From Ignavibacteriota bacterium (GTDB lineage: Bacteria; Bacteroidota; Ignavibacteria; Palsa-1295), in NCBI GenBank assembly GCA_963787835.1, contig CAWBEI010000004.1, forward strand, positions 320,001 through 384,000: 64,000 bases of DNA. Reading direction: 5' to 3'. Position 1 is the first letter of the stretch. Every line of letters begins with the position of its first letter. This document shows positions 1-10,437 of the stretch, piece by piece. The notes beneath the pieces are model-generated. The model ran no database searches. It saw only the letters and a program-made list of their open reading frames with translations, and was not told the origin of the DNA. Position numbers and translations under genes: made by a program.

Positions 1-699
1 TTCACCACGGGCCAAACGATTCTCGATCTTGGATCGGGGCCGGGTTTTCTCAGCATGGATCTGGCTGAGATCGTTGGTCCATCCGGGGGTGTCATTGCAT
101 TGGATCGCTCTTCCGATTTTCTGAATTATCTCAATGCCGAAGCCACAAAGAACGGACAGCAAAATATCTCCACGCATTGTGTGAATCTCGATGAAGATGA
201 GATCCCCACCGTTGCACTCGATGGCGCGTATGCCCGGTGGCTCTTCGCATTTCTTCAGAACCCGAAAAAACTGTTGGAGCAGGTTGTAAAAAATTTGCGC
301 AAAGGCGGCACGATCGTTCTTCACGAGTATTTCCATTATCATACATTCGGTTTTACATCACCTTCACCGGCGTTCGATGTGTTTATCGCAGCAGTGCTGA
401 AGGGGTGGTATGCTGAGGGAGGCAAACCCGATATTGCGCCGGAACTTCTCACGTGGTGCAAGGAATTTGGCCTCACCATTGAATCGGTCAAGCCGATTGT
501 GCATGTGGTAACGCCCGAAAGTTACATCTGGCAATGGCCGAAATCGTTTGTGGAAGTATCGGCCTGGCGTTTGGCCGATCTTGGATATATGACGAAGAGT
601 GAAGTAGAAGTCTTGCAGCGGGAGTTTGCAGCATTCGAATCGGATGGTCATACAAGAGTAATCACGCCAGCCGTTTTGGAGATTATTGCCAGGAAATAA
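1..699 (+). CDS. Class I SAM-dependent methyltransferase (5'-truncated by window edge)
   Basis: Frame open from base 1: FTTGQTILDLGSGPGFLSMDLAEIVGPSGGVIALD (motif I DxGxGxG, acidic residue ending beta-2), then YARWLF..LRKGG motif. Confidence 0.85.
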   Translation, partial: FTTGQTILDLGSGPGFLSMDLAEIVGPSGGVIALDRSSDFLNYLNAEATKNGQQNISTHCVNLDEDEIPTVALDGAYARWLFAFLQNPKKLLEQVVKNLRKGGTIVLHEYFHYHTFGFTSPSPAFDVFIAAVLKGWYAEGGKPDIAPELLTWCKEFGLTIESVKPIVHVVTPESYIWQWPKSFVEVSAWRLADLGYMTKSEVEVLQREFAAFESDGHTRVITPAVLEIIARK

Positions 700-703
700 T
701 TTC

Positions 704-1411
704 ATGTACAAGGTCTATTGCGATTTCGATGAGACAGTGACGGTTCGTGATGTCGGTTCGCAGATCCTCGCACAATTCGGAACCCAGATCGCATTCGAAG
801 TTTGGAGCGATTTCGATAGCGGAACAAAATCAGCCGCCGAATGCTTGCAAATCGCTTGCGATAGCGTAAGTGGGATGAATGCCGAAGGTTTCAACAGAAT
901 TGTCGAAGCCCAACAGCTTAAACCTGGCTTCATCGAATTTGCGGATTACTGTCGAACCAATGGGATCGATTTCCACATCGATAGCGACGGTTTCTCCTGC
1001 TACATTCGTGAAATATTAGCGATGAATGGACTGGCGCATATCCCTTTCTGGACCAACACCATCGAGCTAAGAGACGATGGAACTCTCTCTCATCATTTCC
1101 CGAATCAGCGCGAAGGATGCGACCGCTGTGCTTCCTGCAAGTGTGCGTTGTTACTCACAACGAGCGATGACTCAGACACCGTTGTCTATATTGGTGATGG
1201 ATATTCCGATTGGTGTCCTGCAACGATGGCGGATGTGGTGTTCGCGTGCCGGGATCTTCCACGGCAATGCAGCGAGCGCGGGATTCCGCACCATCCCTTC
1301 AATGATTTTTATGAAGTGCAGGCGATTCTTGCAAATTACCTGAAAGAACGCCCGAAATACCGCCGCGAGCAAGCGCATCGGAGAAGAAAAGAATTGATAA
1401 TTATTGAATAG
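704..1411 (+). CDS. HAD-IB family phosphatase, MtnX-like
   Basis: CDFDETVT (DxD motif I), SDGF, CASCKC, YIGDGYSD..A..ADVVFA motif IV; ATG at 704. Confidence 0.8.
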   Translation: MYKVYCDFDETVTVRDVGSQILAQFGTQIAFEVWSDFDSGTKSAAECLQIACDSVSGMNAEGFNRIVEAQQLKPGFIEFADYCRTNGIDFHIDSDGFSCYIREILAMNGLAHIPFWTNTIELRDDGTLSHHFPNQREGCDRCASCKCALLLTTSDDSDTVVYIGDGYSDWCPATMADVVFACRDLPRQCSERGIPHHPFNDFYEVQAILANYLKERPKYRREQAHRRRKELIIIE

Positions 1412-2145
1412 TGATTATTATCCCACAAATCTTTTCGCAATTCCCCGAGATCATCGCCGCGCAATCAACGCGCATTGGCGGAGTTTCGCCGGAACCATTC
1501 GGAATGAATCTCAGCAGCCATGTTGGGGATGAACAGGCTAATGTCGATGAGAACAGGAGATTATTTTTTGAAGCGATCGGCATTCCACGAGGAACGAAAG
1601 CTGTTTATCAGAGCCAAGTCCACTCTGCAAACGTCCACATCGTCCACGGAGATGAGGGAGTTGTAAGAGAATCAGATGCCCTTATAACGCGAGCGGCGAA
1701 TGTGCTGTTAGGCGTAACTATCGCCGATTGCACGCCCATTTTGCTTTACGAACCGAATGCAAAACTAATCGCTGCCGTTCATGCAGGCTGGCGCGGAACG
1801 GAGCAAATGATCGCGCTTGCGGCAATTAGGAAAATGGTGGAGTTAGGTGCAAATGCTAAAAACATCTTTGCATTTATCGGAGCATCGGCATCGGGAGAGA
1901 AATATGAAGTCGGCCTTGAAGTGGCTACGCTCTTCGAGGAGAAGCATTTAGTCGATCTTCACAATGGGAAGTTTCTGCTCGATGTTAAAGCTGCAAATCT
2001 CGATCAAATGCTATTTGCAGGAATTCCCGCAAATCAGGTAGAAATCTCGCCGCTCTGCACGATTTCGGATGAGCGTCTGCATTCCTATCGCAGAGATGGC
2101 AAACGGTCGGGAAGAATGCTGGCGGTTATTGAAAGAACGAATTAA
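1411..2145 (+). CDS. pgeF: Peptidoglycan editing factor PgeF/YfiH (laccase-like, purine nucleoside phosphorylase)
   Basis: STRIGGVS, NLSSHVGD, QVHSA, ADCTPILL, HAGWRG, CT...SYRR motifs. Confidence 0.92.
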   Translation: MIIIPQIFSQFPEIIAAQSTRIGGVSPEPFGMNLSSHVGDEQANVDENRRLFFEAIGIPRGTKAVYQSQVHSANVHIVHGDEGVVRESDALITRAANVLLGVTIADCTPILLYEPNAKLIAAVHAGWRGTEQMIALAAIRKMVELGANAKNIFAFIGASASGEKYEVGLEVATLFEEKHLVDLHNGKFLLDVKAANLDQMLFAGIPANQVEISPLCTISDERLHSYRRDGKRSGRMLAVIERTN

Positions 2146-2187
2146 GAAGCCGGTATAAATTCTTAAGATCGAGTCTAAGAATTACGA

Positions 2188-2544
2188 TCACTTCGAAAGA
2201 CCCGGTGATGGAGTAATTTTGGGTACTTCGAGCAAGGGCGTCTGAAACTTCTTGAAAATGTGAGATGCTGGTAAAACAGGGATTTCCTTCCATTCGCCGT
2301 CTGGGGTCAAATTCCGAAAAGTTGGCAAGGTCTGGTGCGCAGGAGTTAAAGAATGTTGATTAGGCGATCTTAATTTCGCTTCTTCAGCGGGGGACATATA
2401 AGGAGCCCATGAACACGCCGCACCGGTGGTGGACCAGCGGCTTAATGGGCAATCCTTACCGTCGCTCGGTTTTCCAGAGCTTTGCTGAGACATTGCTGCT
2501 ACTGGCAGCGCCACCAAAAACAGAATTACGATACAAACTCTCAT
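2188..2544 (-). CDS. Hypothetical secreted protein
   Basis: 118-aa ORF with Sec-type signal peptide (MRVCIVILFLVALPVAAMS), directly downstream of glmS. Confidence 0.6.
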   Translation of the reverse strand: MRVCIVILFLVALPVAAMSQQSSGKPSDGKDCPLSRWSTTGAACSWAPYMSPAEEAKLRSPNQHSLTPAHQTLPTFRNLTPDGEWKEIPVLPASHIFKKFQTPLLEVPKITPSPGLSK

Positions 2545-2571
2545 TTTCTGCTCCTTTTGTAAGTTGAACAG

Positions 2572-4461
2572 CTATTCAACGGTAACCGACTTCGCTAAAT
2601 TCCTCGGCTGATCGACATTCGCTCCGCGTGCAGTTGCAATGTAATAGCTAAGCAATTGCAAGGGAACTACCGATAGAATTGGTGTGAAGAGCGGCAGGGT
2701 TTGAGGGATAAAGATCACCTGTTCTGCCAGGGACTTGATCTTTTCATCGCCCTCTGTCGCAATCGCGATAACGTGCCCCTTGCGGGCGCGGACTTCCTGA
2801 ATGTTCGAGAGAACTTTTTCATAAACGTCGTCCTGCGGCGCGACAACGACGACAGGCATGTTCTCATCGATCAGGGCAATAGGCCCATGCTTCATTTCCG
2901 CAGCTGGGTAGCCTTCGGCATGGATGTAGGAGATCTCTTTTAGTTTGAGGGCGCCCTCGAGCGCAACGGGATAGTTGTATCCGCGTCCAAGATACAGGAA
3001 ATTAGCAGCATTTTTGAATAGCTGCGCCATTTCTTCTATTTTGGATTCGGTATCATCCAAAATGCTCTGTACTTTCTCTGGGATCTGGAGCAGTTCCCTA
3101 ATCATCGAGCGGCCATCGACGACCGAAAGGTGCCGCATTCTGCCCAGCATGATGGTAAGGAGCGAAAGCACTGTAAGCTGACTCGTAAATGCTTTTGTCG
3201 AGGCCACGCCGATCTCCGGGCCTGCGTGAATATAAACTCCGCCATCTGATTCCCGCGCGATCGTTGAGCCAACTACATTCACTATTCCAAGCGCCAGTGC
3301 GCCTTTGCGCTTGCTTTCGCGCATAGCTGCGAGCGTATCAGCGGTTTCGCCGGATTGGCTGATGCCGAACATGACATCATCATCCTCAATGATGGGATTC
3401 CGGTAACGGAACTCGCTTGCGTACTCGATATCCACAGGCACGCGAGCATATTGTTCGATCATGTATTTGCCGATGAGCCCGGCATGGAAGCTTGTGCCAC
3501 ACGCCGTGATAAGCAGCCGCTTCGCGCGGCGAAGTTCCCGCAAATGGTTCTGTAAGCCGCCGAGGACCACATTGCCTTCTTCTTCGATCACCCGCCCGCG
3601 CATGGCATCGGTAATGGTTTGCGGCTGCTCGTGAATTTCTTTGAGCATGAAATGGTCGAATCCGCCTTTTTCGATGGCTTCCAGTTCCATTTCGACAACT
3701 TCCACCTGTTTCGTGATCTCGATATTGGAAATAGTCCGAGTCTTAATTCCAGAGCGTGAGACCGTCGCCATTTCATTGTCGGAAAGATAGATCACTTGCC
3801 GCGTGTGCGCGATGATCGCAGCCGCATCGCTGGCAATAAAATAATCATTATCATTCCCGACGCCAATAACGAGTGGAGAGCCTTTTCGCGCACAAACGAT
3901 CTCATCAGGAGAATCTGCCGCGACAACGGCAATTCCATAGGCACCAACTACTTCATTGAGAGCAAGACGCACGGCTTCCGTTACGTTCTGAGTTTCTGCA
4001 TAAAATTCCCCGATCAGATGTGCGAGCACTTCTGTGTCGGTTTCGCTGCGGAAGGTGTGCCCACGCGCAATGAGCCGGTCTTTGATATGCGAATAATTTT
4101 CGATAATGCCATTGTGGATGATGGCGAGCCGTTCATTCTGATCCGTTTGTGGATGGCTGTTGGCATCGCTCGGGATGCCGTGGGTTGCCCAGCGTGTGTG
4201 CCCGATGCCGACCGTGGAAAAGTGAGGATTCCGCGCGGAGAGCGCTTCCAGATCCGTAACTTTTCCCTTGCATTTTTCGATCACCAAACGTGTAGAATGA
4301 ACAAGGGCGGGGGAATGCCCATTCGTTGAAACTGCCCGAGGCAGATCTTCGAGCAGAGCGAGACCCGCCGAATCATATCCCCGGTATTCCAGCCTCTTGA
4401 GGCCCGAAAGCAGGATGGGAGTTGCTTCACGACTGCCGATGTATCCGACTATTCCACACAT
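2572..4461 (-). CDS. glmS: Glutamine--fructose-6-phosphate aminotransferase
   Basis: MCGIVGY N-terminal Cys, LEYRGYDSAG, GHTRWATHG, SQSGETADT, C-terminal PRNLAKSVTVE. Confidence 0.99.
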   Translation of the reverse strand: MCGIVGYIGSREATPILLSGLKRLEYRGYDSAGLALLEDLPRAVSTNGHSPALVHSTRLVIEKCKGKVTDLEALSARNPHFSTVGIGHTRWATHGIPSDANSHPQTDQNERLAIIHNGIIENYSHIKDRLIARGHTFRSETDTEVLAHLIGEFYAETQNVTEAVRLALNEVVGAYGIAVVAADSPDEIVCARKGSPLVIGVGNDNDYFIASDAAAIIAHTRQVIYLSDNEMATVSRSGIKTRTISNIEITKQVEVVEMELEAIEKGGFDHFMLKEIHEQPQTITDAMRGRVIEEEGNVVLGGLQNHLRELRRAKRLLITACGTSFHAGLIGKYMIEQYARVPVDIEYASEFRYRNPIIEDDDVMFGISQSGETADTLAAMRESKRKGALALGIVNVVGSTIARESDGGVYIHAGPEIGVASTKAFTSQLTVLSLLTIMLGRMRHLSVVDGRSMIRELLQIPEKVQSILDDTESKIEEMAQLFKNAANFLYLGRGYNYPVALEGALKLKEISYIHAEGYPAAEMKHGPIALIDENMPVVVVAPQDDVYEKVLSNIQEVRARKGHVIAIATEGDEKIKSLAEQVIFIPQTLPLFTPILSVVPLQLLSYYIATARGANVDQPRNLAKSVTVE

Positions 4462-4515
4462 ACGCTTCGCTTAATTAAGAAATGAAAATTAGGAAGTTAA
4501 GATGATTAAGTTAGC

Positions 4516-4642
4516 ATGTCATTCTGGGCGTAGCAAAATCGAAGCGGAGATTTTGCGAAGTGAAGAATCTCATAGAATGCCAGAGATCCTTCGACTCCGT
4601 TCTCCTCTCCTTCGTCGAGGAGAACTCCGCTCAGGTTGACAT
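4516..4642. repeat. REP-like palindromic element (TGTCATTCTG...CAGGTTGACA type) with two nested hairpins
   Basis: Ends ATGTCATTCTGGGCG / CGCTCAGGTTGACAT are inverted; inner pairs GAAGAATCTC/GAGATCCTTC, GCAAAATC/GATTTTGC and GTTCTCCTC/GAGGAGAAC. Confidence 0.75.
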
Positions 4643-4788
4643 TAAAACTTAACGTAGTTATGACGAACAATAAAGCAGATTGTTCCGATTGCACGAAAAG
4701 CATCAAATTTGGGCGAATTCGGGCTGGCTAAACGGGATTTCTTACCCATCCGAATTGGTTTAATTTATTCTATATTTCGTTCCAAATT

Positions 4789-6519
4789 ATGTACATTCAG
4801 CGATCATTTCGATTTGTCCTTTTGGTGTCGTTTGCCATAACAATTGCCATTTTCAGCCCGAAGGTGTCATTTTCCCAAAATTCAGAGCAACCAGATCCAG
4901 GATCAGGGATGGTAAAGGTGCATCCTGTGGCTCCTCCGGCGGTTATTTCTCAGGCGCCTTCCGTCATTCAGCGTACTAATGGTTCGTCCGAAAAGCCGCT
5001 TCTCATCGTCCCGTTCAACTGTGGAAATCCGACGAACGAGGAGCAATATCAACTTGAGCTTATCAATCGCGCGCGGGCCAATCCGGACTCCGAAGGAATT
5101 CGGATCGCTACGGATACCACGGCTCAGGTCGTGTTCGATTTCAGTTATTTTGCGATGCAGCCCGGTTATTATGCACCAAGCCCGAGCGAGGTTGATTCTG
5201 CCTTTGCAACCTATCCTGCCCGCCCACCGATGGCATTTAATGCCGATCTTTGCAGAGCTGCTCGTGGTCACGATACGGTCATGCTCTCAATCAATGCCCA
5301 ATATCATTATATCGATACCAGCATGTATGGTCAGATCGATGGCGGTGCCGGTGGGCCACAGACTCGCATCGATTCTGCGGGTTATGCCAACTGGACGAAC
5401 TGGGGCGAGAATGTGTATGACTATGGAAACGGCATGGATGATATTCTTGCGGCATTTCTCGTCGATTGGGGAAATCCCGATCTTGGGCACCGTCACAATA
5501 TCATGAATTTCGATACCACCGATGCGATCTATAATGAAATCGGTATTGCCATTCTTCACGGAAGCGACCCCGGTGGGGTGGGGCCCATTCTCATCACGGA
5601 GGATTTCGGCCGGCGAGCGACCGATCCAACGCTGCAGACGCCCTATACTTATGTGCTCGGTGTCGTTTATACCGATTCGAATAAGAACGGATTCTATGAC
5701 ATCGGCGAAGGGGATTCCGGTGTTACGATCACTCTTGCACACAGCTCCAATTATTATGCGATAACCACAGCTTCCGGTGGTTATGCGATTCCCTATACCG
5801 CAGGAAAAACCTCTGACACCTGCACGGTCACTGCGTCCGGGGGGCCATTCAAGACTCCGGTTTCTAAGGTCGTGGTGCTTGAAGGCGAGAATTTAAAAGT
5901 AGATTTTATCGTTCCTATTACCGTTCCGCAGATGCCGCCGAGCAAAGTGACGCTTCTAACTCCTGCTAATGGAACTACGGTGAAAGATACGGTGACCTTT
6001 ACCTGGGGTGCTTCTGCACCAGCCGTTACGAATTATATTCTGTTAGTTTATAATAGCGCGAGTTTAACGAAGCCTTATGTGATCAATGATACCATTGGCG
6101 GCACTTTCACGAGTGACACTGCTTCCCAGTTCAGGCTTGCCCCGAATACCACCTATTATTGGGGTGTGCAGGCTCAAAACGATGGCGGAATGAGCGCTAT
6201 TAGTACCATTTGGAAGTTTACTACACCTGCCACGGCTTCTGTTGCTCAGCCGGTTTCCGCGCAGAGTGCGACGTTCATTTCCCCAAATCCTTCCTCTGGT
6301 TCTGTTCATATTCAGTTCACGCTTGCATCATCCGAGGATGTTTCTCTGCGTGTGTTTAACGCATTGGGAGAGCAAGTGCGATCGGTAGATCTGGGGCATC
6401 TTTCCGAAGGCCCGAATGAATATATTTTGGATGGTTCAGCGCTCCTGGCGGCAAGCTATGTGTGCCAGCTGCGCATGGGAGATCAGATCGAAAACACGAG
6501 AATGGTGATCCTCAAGTAG
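4789..6519 (+). CDS. Secreted CAP/SCP-domain protein with carboxypeptidase-regulatory-like and FN3-like domains and T9SS C-terminal domain
   Basis: Signal peptide; LELINRARANP, AARGH, GENV, GHRHNIM, EIGIAI (CAP); TYYWGVQAQN (FN3); SPNPSSG..LRVFNALGEQV..RMVILK (T9SS type A). Confidence 0.85.
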   Translation: MYIQRSFRFVLLVSFAITIAIFSPKVSFSQNSEQPDPGSGMVKVHPVAPPAVISQAPSVIQRTNGSSEKPLLIVPFNCGNPTNEEQYQLELINRARANPDSEGIRIATDTTAQVVFDFSYFAMQPGYYAPSPSEVDSAFATYPARPPMAFNADLCRAARGHDTVMLSINAQYHYIDTSMYGQIDGGAGGPQTRIDSAGYANWTNWGENVYDYGNGMDDILAAFLVDWGNPDLGHRHNIMNFDTTDAIYNEIGIAILHGSDPGGVGPILITEDFGRRATDPTLQTPYTYVLGVVYTDSNKNGFYDIGEGDSGVTITLAHSSNYYAITTASGGYAIPYTAGKTSDTCTVTASGGPFKTPVSKVVVLEGENLKVDFIVPITVPQMPPSKVTLLTPANGTTVKDTVTFTWGASAPAVTNYILLVYNSASLTKPYVINDTIGGTFTSDTASQFRLAPNTTYYWGVQAQNDGGMSAISTIWKFTTPATASVAQPVSAQSATFISPNPSSGSVHIQFTLASSEDVSLRVFNALGEQVRSVDLGHLSEGPNEYILDGSALLAASYVCQLRMGDQIENTRMVILK

Positions 6520-6588
6520 CGTCGCAACAATCATCGCCAGTGCGCGATGGTAACAAAAGCTGCGGAATGGAGTTATTATTATAAAGCA

Positions 6589-7206
6589 ATGATGAACAGC
6601 AGACCCATTCCAATTCTTTTGAGTGCTTATGCGCTTGTTTGCGTATATCTGCTGGCTATGAGCGGGTGTGCAACGGCACCGGACTCCCTTGGACCGCTTG
6701 TCTATACTCAACAATATTCCGGGAATATTTCCACGATCCCCTGGCCGGTTGGCGCGGCGCGGGCAAGCCTGACGGATACGTACGCCCCAGATTTTCGCTG
6801 GCATCGAAGCGATGGCACGCTGGATAGTATTCGAGGGCACCTCGGTCAGGTGGTTCTCGTCAACTTTTGGGCTACGTGGTGCGGGCCATGCAAATCGGAG
6901 ATGCCTGCTATTCAATCGGCTGTGACAGAAATGGGGGACAGCATTTTCGTGATTGGTGTATCGGTCGATGATCCGGGCAATCCTTTTACAACGGTGCAGA
7001 GCTATGTGAAAGGAAATGGATACTCCTATCAATTCGCTATTGATTCTGATTGGACTCTGTACGAACAATATTTCCCAAACGAGAGCGGAGCGATCCCCCA
7101 AACATGCTTCATCGATAAAAATGGGAAGCTTCCCTTTACGGTAACCGGCGCTATGGGCGATGAGCCGACCGTCCTCTACTATGCCCGGAAAGCCTTGCAG
7201 GAATAA
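6589..7206 (+). CDS. TlpA/ResA-family thiol-disulfide oxidoreductase lipoprotein
   Basis: Lipobox LAMSG-C; VLVNFWATWCGPCKSEMP; AIPQT cis-Pro loop; start may be 6547 or 6589. Confidence 0.88.
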   Translation: MMNSRPIPILLSAYALVCVYLLAMSGCATAPDSLGPLVYTQQYSGNISTIPWPVGAARASLTDTYAPDFRWHRSDGTLDSIRGHLGQVVLVNFWATWCGPCKSEMPAIQSAVTEMGDSIFVIGVSVDDPGNPFTTVQSYVKGNGYSYQFAIDSDWTLYEQYFPNESGAIPQTCFIDKNGKLPFTVTGAMGDEPTVLYYARKALQE

Positions 7207-7221
7207 GGCCCACAACTCCTG

Positions 7222-10200
7222 CTACCGAATGATAACAAAACTTCCCGTCGAGACGCCCGTTCCACCATCGATCGGATACAGGCGATAGTTATATGCTCCA
7301 CTCGCAGCCTCTAAGTCTGTGATCGTGTAGGTTACTGCGCCAGCCTGAGAAACGCTATTCGTTCCAGAATAGACCACGGAGCCAGTTTCATTCATGATCT
7401 CGATCTTCACGGTAACAGCTCTCAATGCCGTGAACGGTATTGTGACAGGAGATCCCGCTGAAACGGGATTCGGATAGACGTTCCCGCCGGTTGGGACGAT
7501 GCCTTCACCAATGGACCAGTTCGCGCCATACCGAAGGAAATTATAGAGATCCGTATCGCCGCACACGAACTGCAAACCGATGGTTCCGGTATCGACGGTG
7601 GCACCAAGCAGGCATTTATTGAAATTGCTATTGCCGTCGTTGAGCACTACACTTGCAACATGGAAATCGGTGCTGAGAGAATCCGATAGCATGATCTCGA
7701 ACTGTAGGTTCAGAATTGGCGTAGCCGAATCGAAGGTCATGTTCGTTCCATTGATCGTGATGGGCAAATTGCGGAGCTTCGGAGTGATGCTCAATTCCTG
7801 GCCCACGCTGGGCGGCAACGCGCCAGACATTGCCGACGTGGCGCCCATAGTGTTGAATGGAACCATGATGTCTCCATTATAGGAAAGAACGATCTGTATG
7901 GTGCTCAGTCCTTTGCCGTCGTATTTCGAGCTTGGGATTACGGTAAGCGTAGTCGTATCGCCGGGAACTACTTTCAAGTTGGATGCGATGGCACTCAATT
8001 TTATCGTATCGGTAGGCGTGGCATAGCCGGCAAGGGGTATCTGGCGGCTACGCGCAGAATCCGCATCGGTCACGACGGTCAGGGTGTCGGCTGCCCGCCC
8101 GCTTGTTACAGGCAGATACCGAACGGTGACGTAAAACGTGTCATGCGGATTGATAATGAACGGCGTTTTCGGTGGATCAACGATCACGAAATCTGAACCG
8201 GCGATCGAGATCGCAGAATCATGAATGGTATCGCATCCCAAATTCACAATGGGCAAAAGGGAATCCTTTTGATCGCAGAAGAGAATGGTGTCGTAATTCT
8301 GCACGAGATCGGAGATGGAAAGAGTACGAGTTCCCGGCTCTACAAAGACCGTAAAGGGAATAAGGCTAACGAGCGTACCATTGCTGCCCTTCACGCTATC
8401 GCGGATGCGCAGATAGCCGGTATAACTTCCTGCGATGGCCGGCAGTGCTTCGATCCCTTGAACGATGGGAGTATCCGTTTGAGTCACCCATTGGAACAGA
8501 TCCTTTTTCCAGATGAATTGATTCGCTGGCGGCGAACTCTTCATGGTAGAATCGAGCCATTCGACGGACACGAACAGGGAATCACAGCCTTGCTCCTGAA
8601 TCGTGAACGTGAAGGAAGAATCCTGGCAGCGCGTGATGGTATCGAAATTGATCTCGCTCGGCAGAGGGTTGCCAAAGCGATCGGCAAGGATTAACTTCGG
8701 ATCGTTCGGTTTTCCTATTCCAGTGATCGGGTAACTCACCCTCACTGACTTTCCGAGCACAAGGAGGTTAAGCACCAGAGAATCGACGACCGTTCCAACT
8801 TGTGTTGGCTGGAAATGGATGGGAAAAGTTTTCGACGAAAATGCGGGAATGGAATCATTCTTATACGTAGTATCCAGTGTAAAACTGGTGCCGTATTTCA
8901 ATTGTGAGCTGACGAGCTGCACGCTAAAGCAGCTATCGTTAGCTATTTCGAGCGTGCTGTTGGCGCTGGAGCAAAGCGATGTCGAGTCGTAGATCGCACT
9001 GGCTGCCACACGCAGCGGATCATAAAAGCGCAAGGCTGAGAGGATCGTAACAGTATCATAAGTTAGGAATCCCGCCCGTTCCACTTCCAGAAATAGTTTT
9101 GTTTGATACGGGCCCGTTACCGAGGAATTGAGTTCCAGTTTGAGACCGCCGCTATCGCCAGGTGGAATGACAATCGGAAAGACGGGAGGTAACCCTGTAG
9201 AGGAATCGAGAATCTCCAGCGAGGGAACTGCCGGAGCGCTGGCGCTCGTGATGAGAATGGTATCGCACCCAAGATCCTTGATATATACTGTGGTGTCGCG
9301 CGGGCTGCACACATCAATGGAATCCACATTCAGCACAGAGGCTTGTAACTTAAACTGCGGCAGGGAGCCATCGCCGCCATCGGTGGTTTTCCAGACATTA
9401 CCGTAATCATCGAATACATACATCACTTCCCCTCTGCATCCGGTAACGACAAAACGGGTGTCTTCGACATTACTCGGCCCTCCGATAGCTTCCCACGTCT
9501 TTCCGCTGTCTTTGGAGCGCCAAATTCCCGAATCCGGCCAGGCATGTTCAAGCCCTACCTGTGCAAAGAGTGTAAATCCGAATCCGGCGATGTGACCGGT
9601 CGTGCGAAAAGGAAGAAAAGTTCCATTGGTCCATGTTGCTCCCAAATCGGAAGAATGGCGAATGGGTGAAGGAATGTTTTCCGGATATTGTTCGCTTGCG
9701 GTAAAGAACCATGACGTGCCCTTTACTCCATACACAGTCCAGCTTTCATAATCATTTGTGGGCGCGAGGCTGCTCCACGTCATTCCACCATCGACGGATC
9801 GTGACCATACTTGCTCTTTATATCCGGTCGCAACGCCATGCAGATCATCGACAAAATCGATCCCATTCGTGATTGGTATCGCCGGCGAAAATGTAGCACC
9901 ATTATTAAGAGAGACATAACCGGAAGCGTTGGGCCAAAAATCGTTCCGGCATGATATAATAAGCGCATGTGAGGTCTGATAGACATCACTAAATTGTTCA
10001 TTGAGATTGACTGGGTTCCATGATGCACCTCCGTCGGTAGTTCGGTATAGCCCCGGATAAACTGCAGGATTTGGGCGCGGAGGTTCGCACGTCAGCCAGC
10101 CGTTGAGTGGATCCGTCATCAGGATTTGGGTGATGCCGCATGCGCCATTATAGGGATAGAACGGGTTGGGATGAAGTGGTAGCGGAGTATTCACCCAGGT

Positions 10201-10437
10201 TTTTCCACCATCGGTGGTCTTAAAAACTCCATCCGTTATCGGGCCTGCGACAAATCCTACGGATTCGTTGAAAAAAAAGCAGGCCGTGAATGGATTGCCA
10301 TTTGGCATTGTGAAAATGATCTGCCAGGTTGCGCGGACGGGTGAAATGTTAAGGAAAAAAGCACACCACACCACCAGCCCAACAGATAGTATCTGTGGGC
10401 AAAAAAATCGATCTCTGAATCGGTACAGGGCCCTCAT
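7222..10437 (-). CDS. Secreted BNR/Asp-box beta-propeller protein with Ig-like (choice-of-anchor D/ASH-like) repeats, cohesin-like domain and T9SS CTD
   Basis: Repeated KTTDGGKTW/RTTDGGASW/SKDSGKTW Asp-boxes; I.NLGCDTI.I Ig repeats; YPNPVSAG..FVIIR C-terminus. Confidence 0.8.
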   Translation of the reverse strand: MRALYRFRDRFFCPQILSVGLVVWCAFFLNISPVRATWQIIFTMPNGNPFTACFFFNESVGFVAGPITDGVFKTTDGGKTWVNTPLPLHPNPFYPYNGACGITQILMTDPLNGWLTCEPPRPNPAVYPGLYRTTDGGASWNPVNLNEQFSDVYQTSHALIISCRNDFWPNASGYVSLNNGATFSPAIPITNGIDFVDDLHGVATGYKEQVWSRSVDGGMTWSSLAPTNDYESWTVYGVKGTSWFFTASEQYPENIPSPIRHSSDLGATWTNGTFLPFRTTGHIAGFGFTLFAQVGLEHAWPDSGIWRSKDSGKTWEAIGGPSNVEDTRFVVTGCRGEVMYVFDDYGNVWKTTDGGDGSLPQFKLQASVLNVDSIDVCSPRDTTVYIKDLGCDTILITSASAPAVPSLEILDSSTGLPPVFPIVIPPGDSGGLKLELNSSVTGPYQTKLFLEVERAGFLTYDTVTILSALRFYDPLRVAASAIYDSTSLCSSANSTLEIANDSCFSVQLVSSQLKYGTSFTLDTTYKNDSIPAFSSKTFPIHFQPTQVGTVVDSLVLNLLVLGKSVRVSYPITGIGKPNDPKLILADRFGNPLPSEINFDTITRCQDSSFTFTIQEQGCDSLFVSVEWLDSTMKSSPPANQFIWKKDLFQWVTQTDTPIVQGIEALPAIAGSYTGYLRIRDSVKGSNGTLVSLIPFTVFVEPGTRTLSISDLVQNYDTILFCDQKDSLLPIVNLGCDTIHDSAISIAGSDFVIVDPPKTPFIINPHDTFYVTVRYLPVTSGRAADTLTVVTDADSARSRQIPLAGYATPTDTIKLSAIASNLKVVPGDTTTLTVIPSSKYDGKGLSTIQIVLSYNGDIMVPFNTMGATSAMSGALPPSVGQELSITPKLRNLPITINGTNMTFDSATPILNLQFEIMLSDSLSTDFHVASVVLNDGNSNFNKCLLGATVDTGTIGLQFVCGDTDLYNFLRYGANWSIGEGIVPTGGNVYPNPVSAGSPVTIPFTALRAVTVKIEIMNETGSVVYSGTNSVSQAGAVTYTITDLEAASGAYNYRLYPIDGGTGVSTGSFVIIR

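Noticed and set aside
4462-4700. glmS ribozyme upstream of glmS
   Set aside because: No recognisable ribozyme core; the structure is explained by a REP-like palindrome
6436-7215. 259-aa minus-strand ORF
   Set aside because: Antisense to the clear TlpA gene; no motifs
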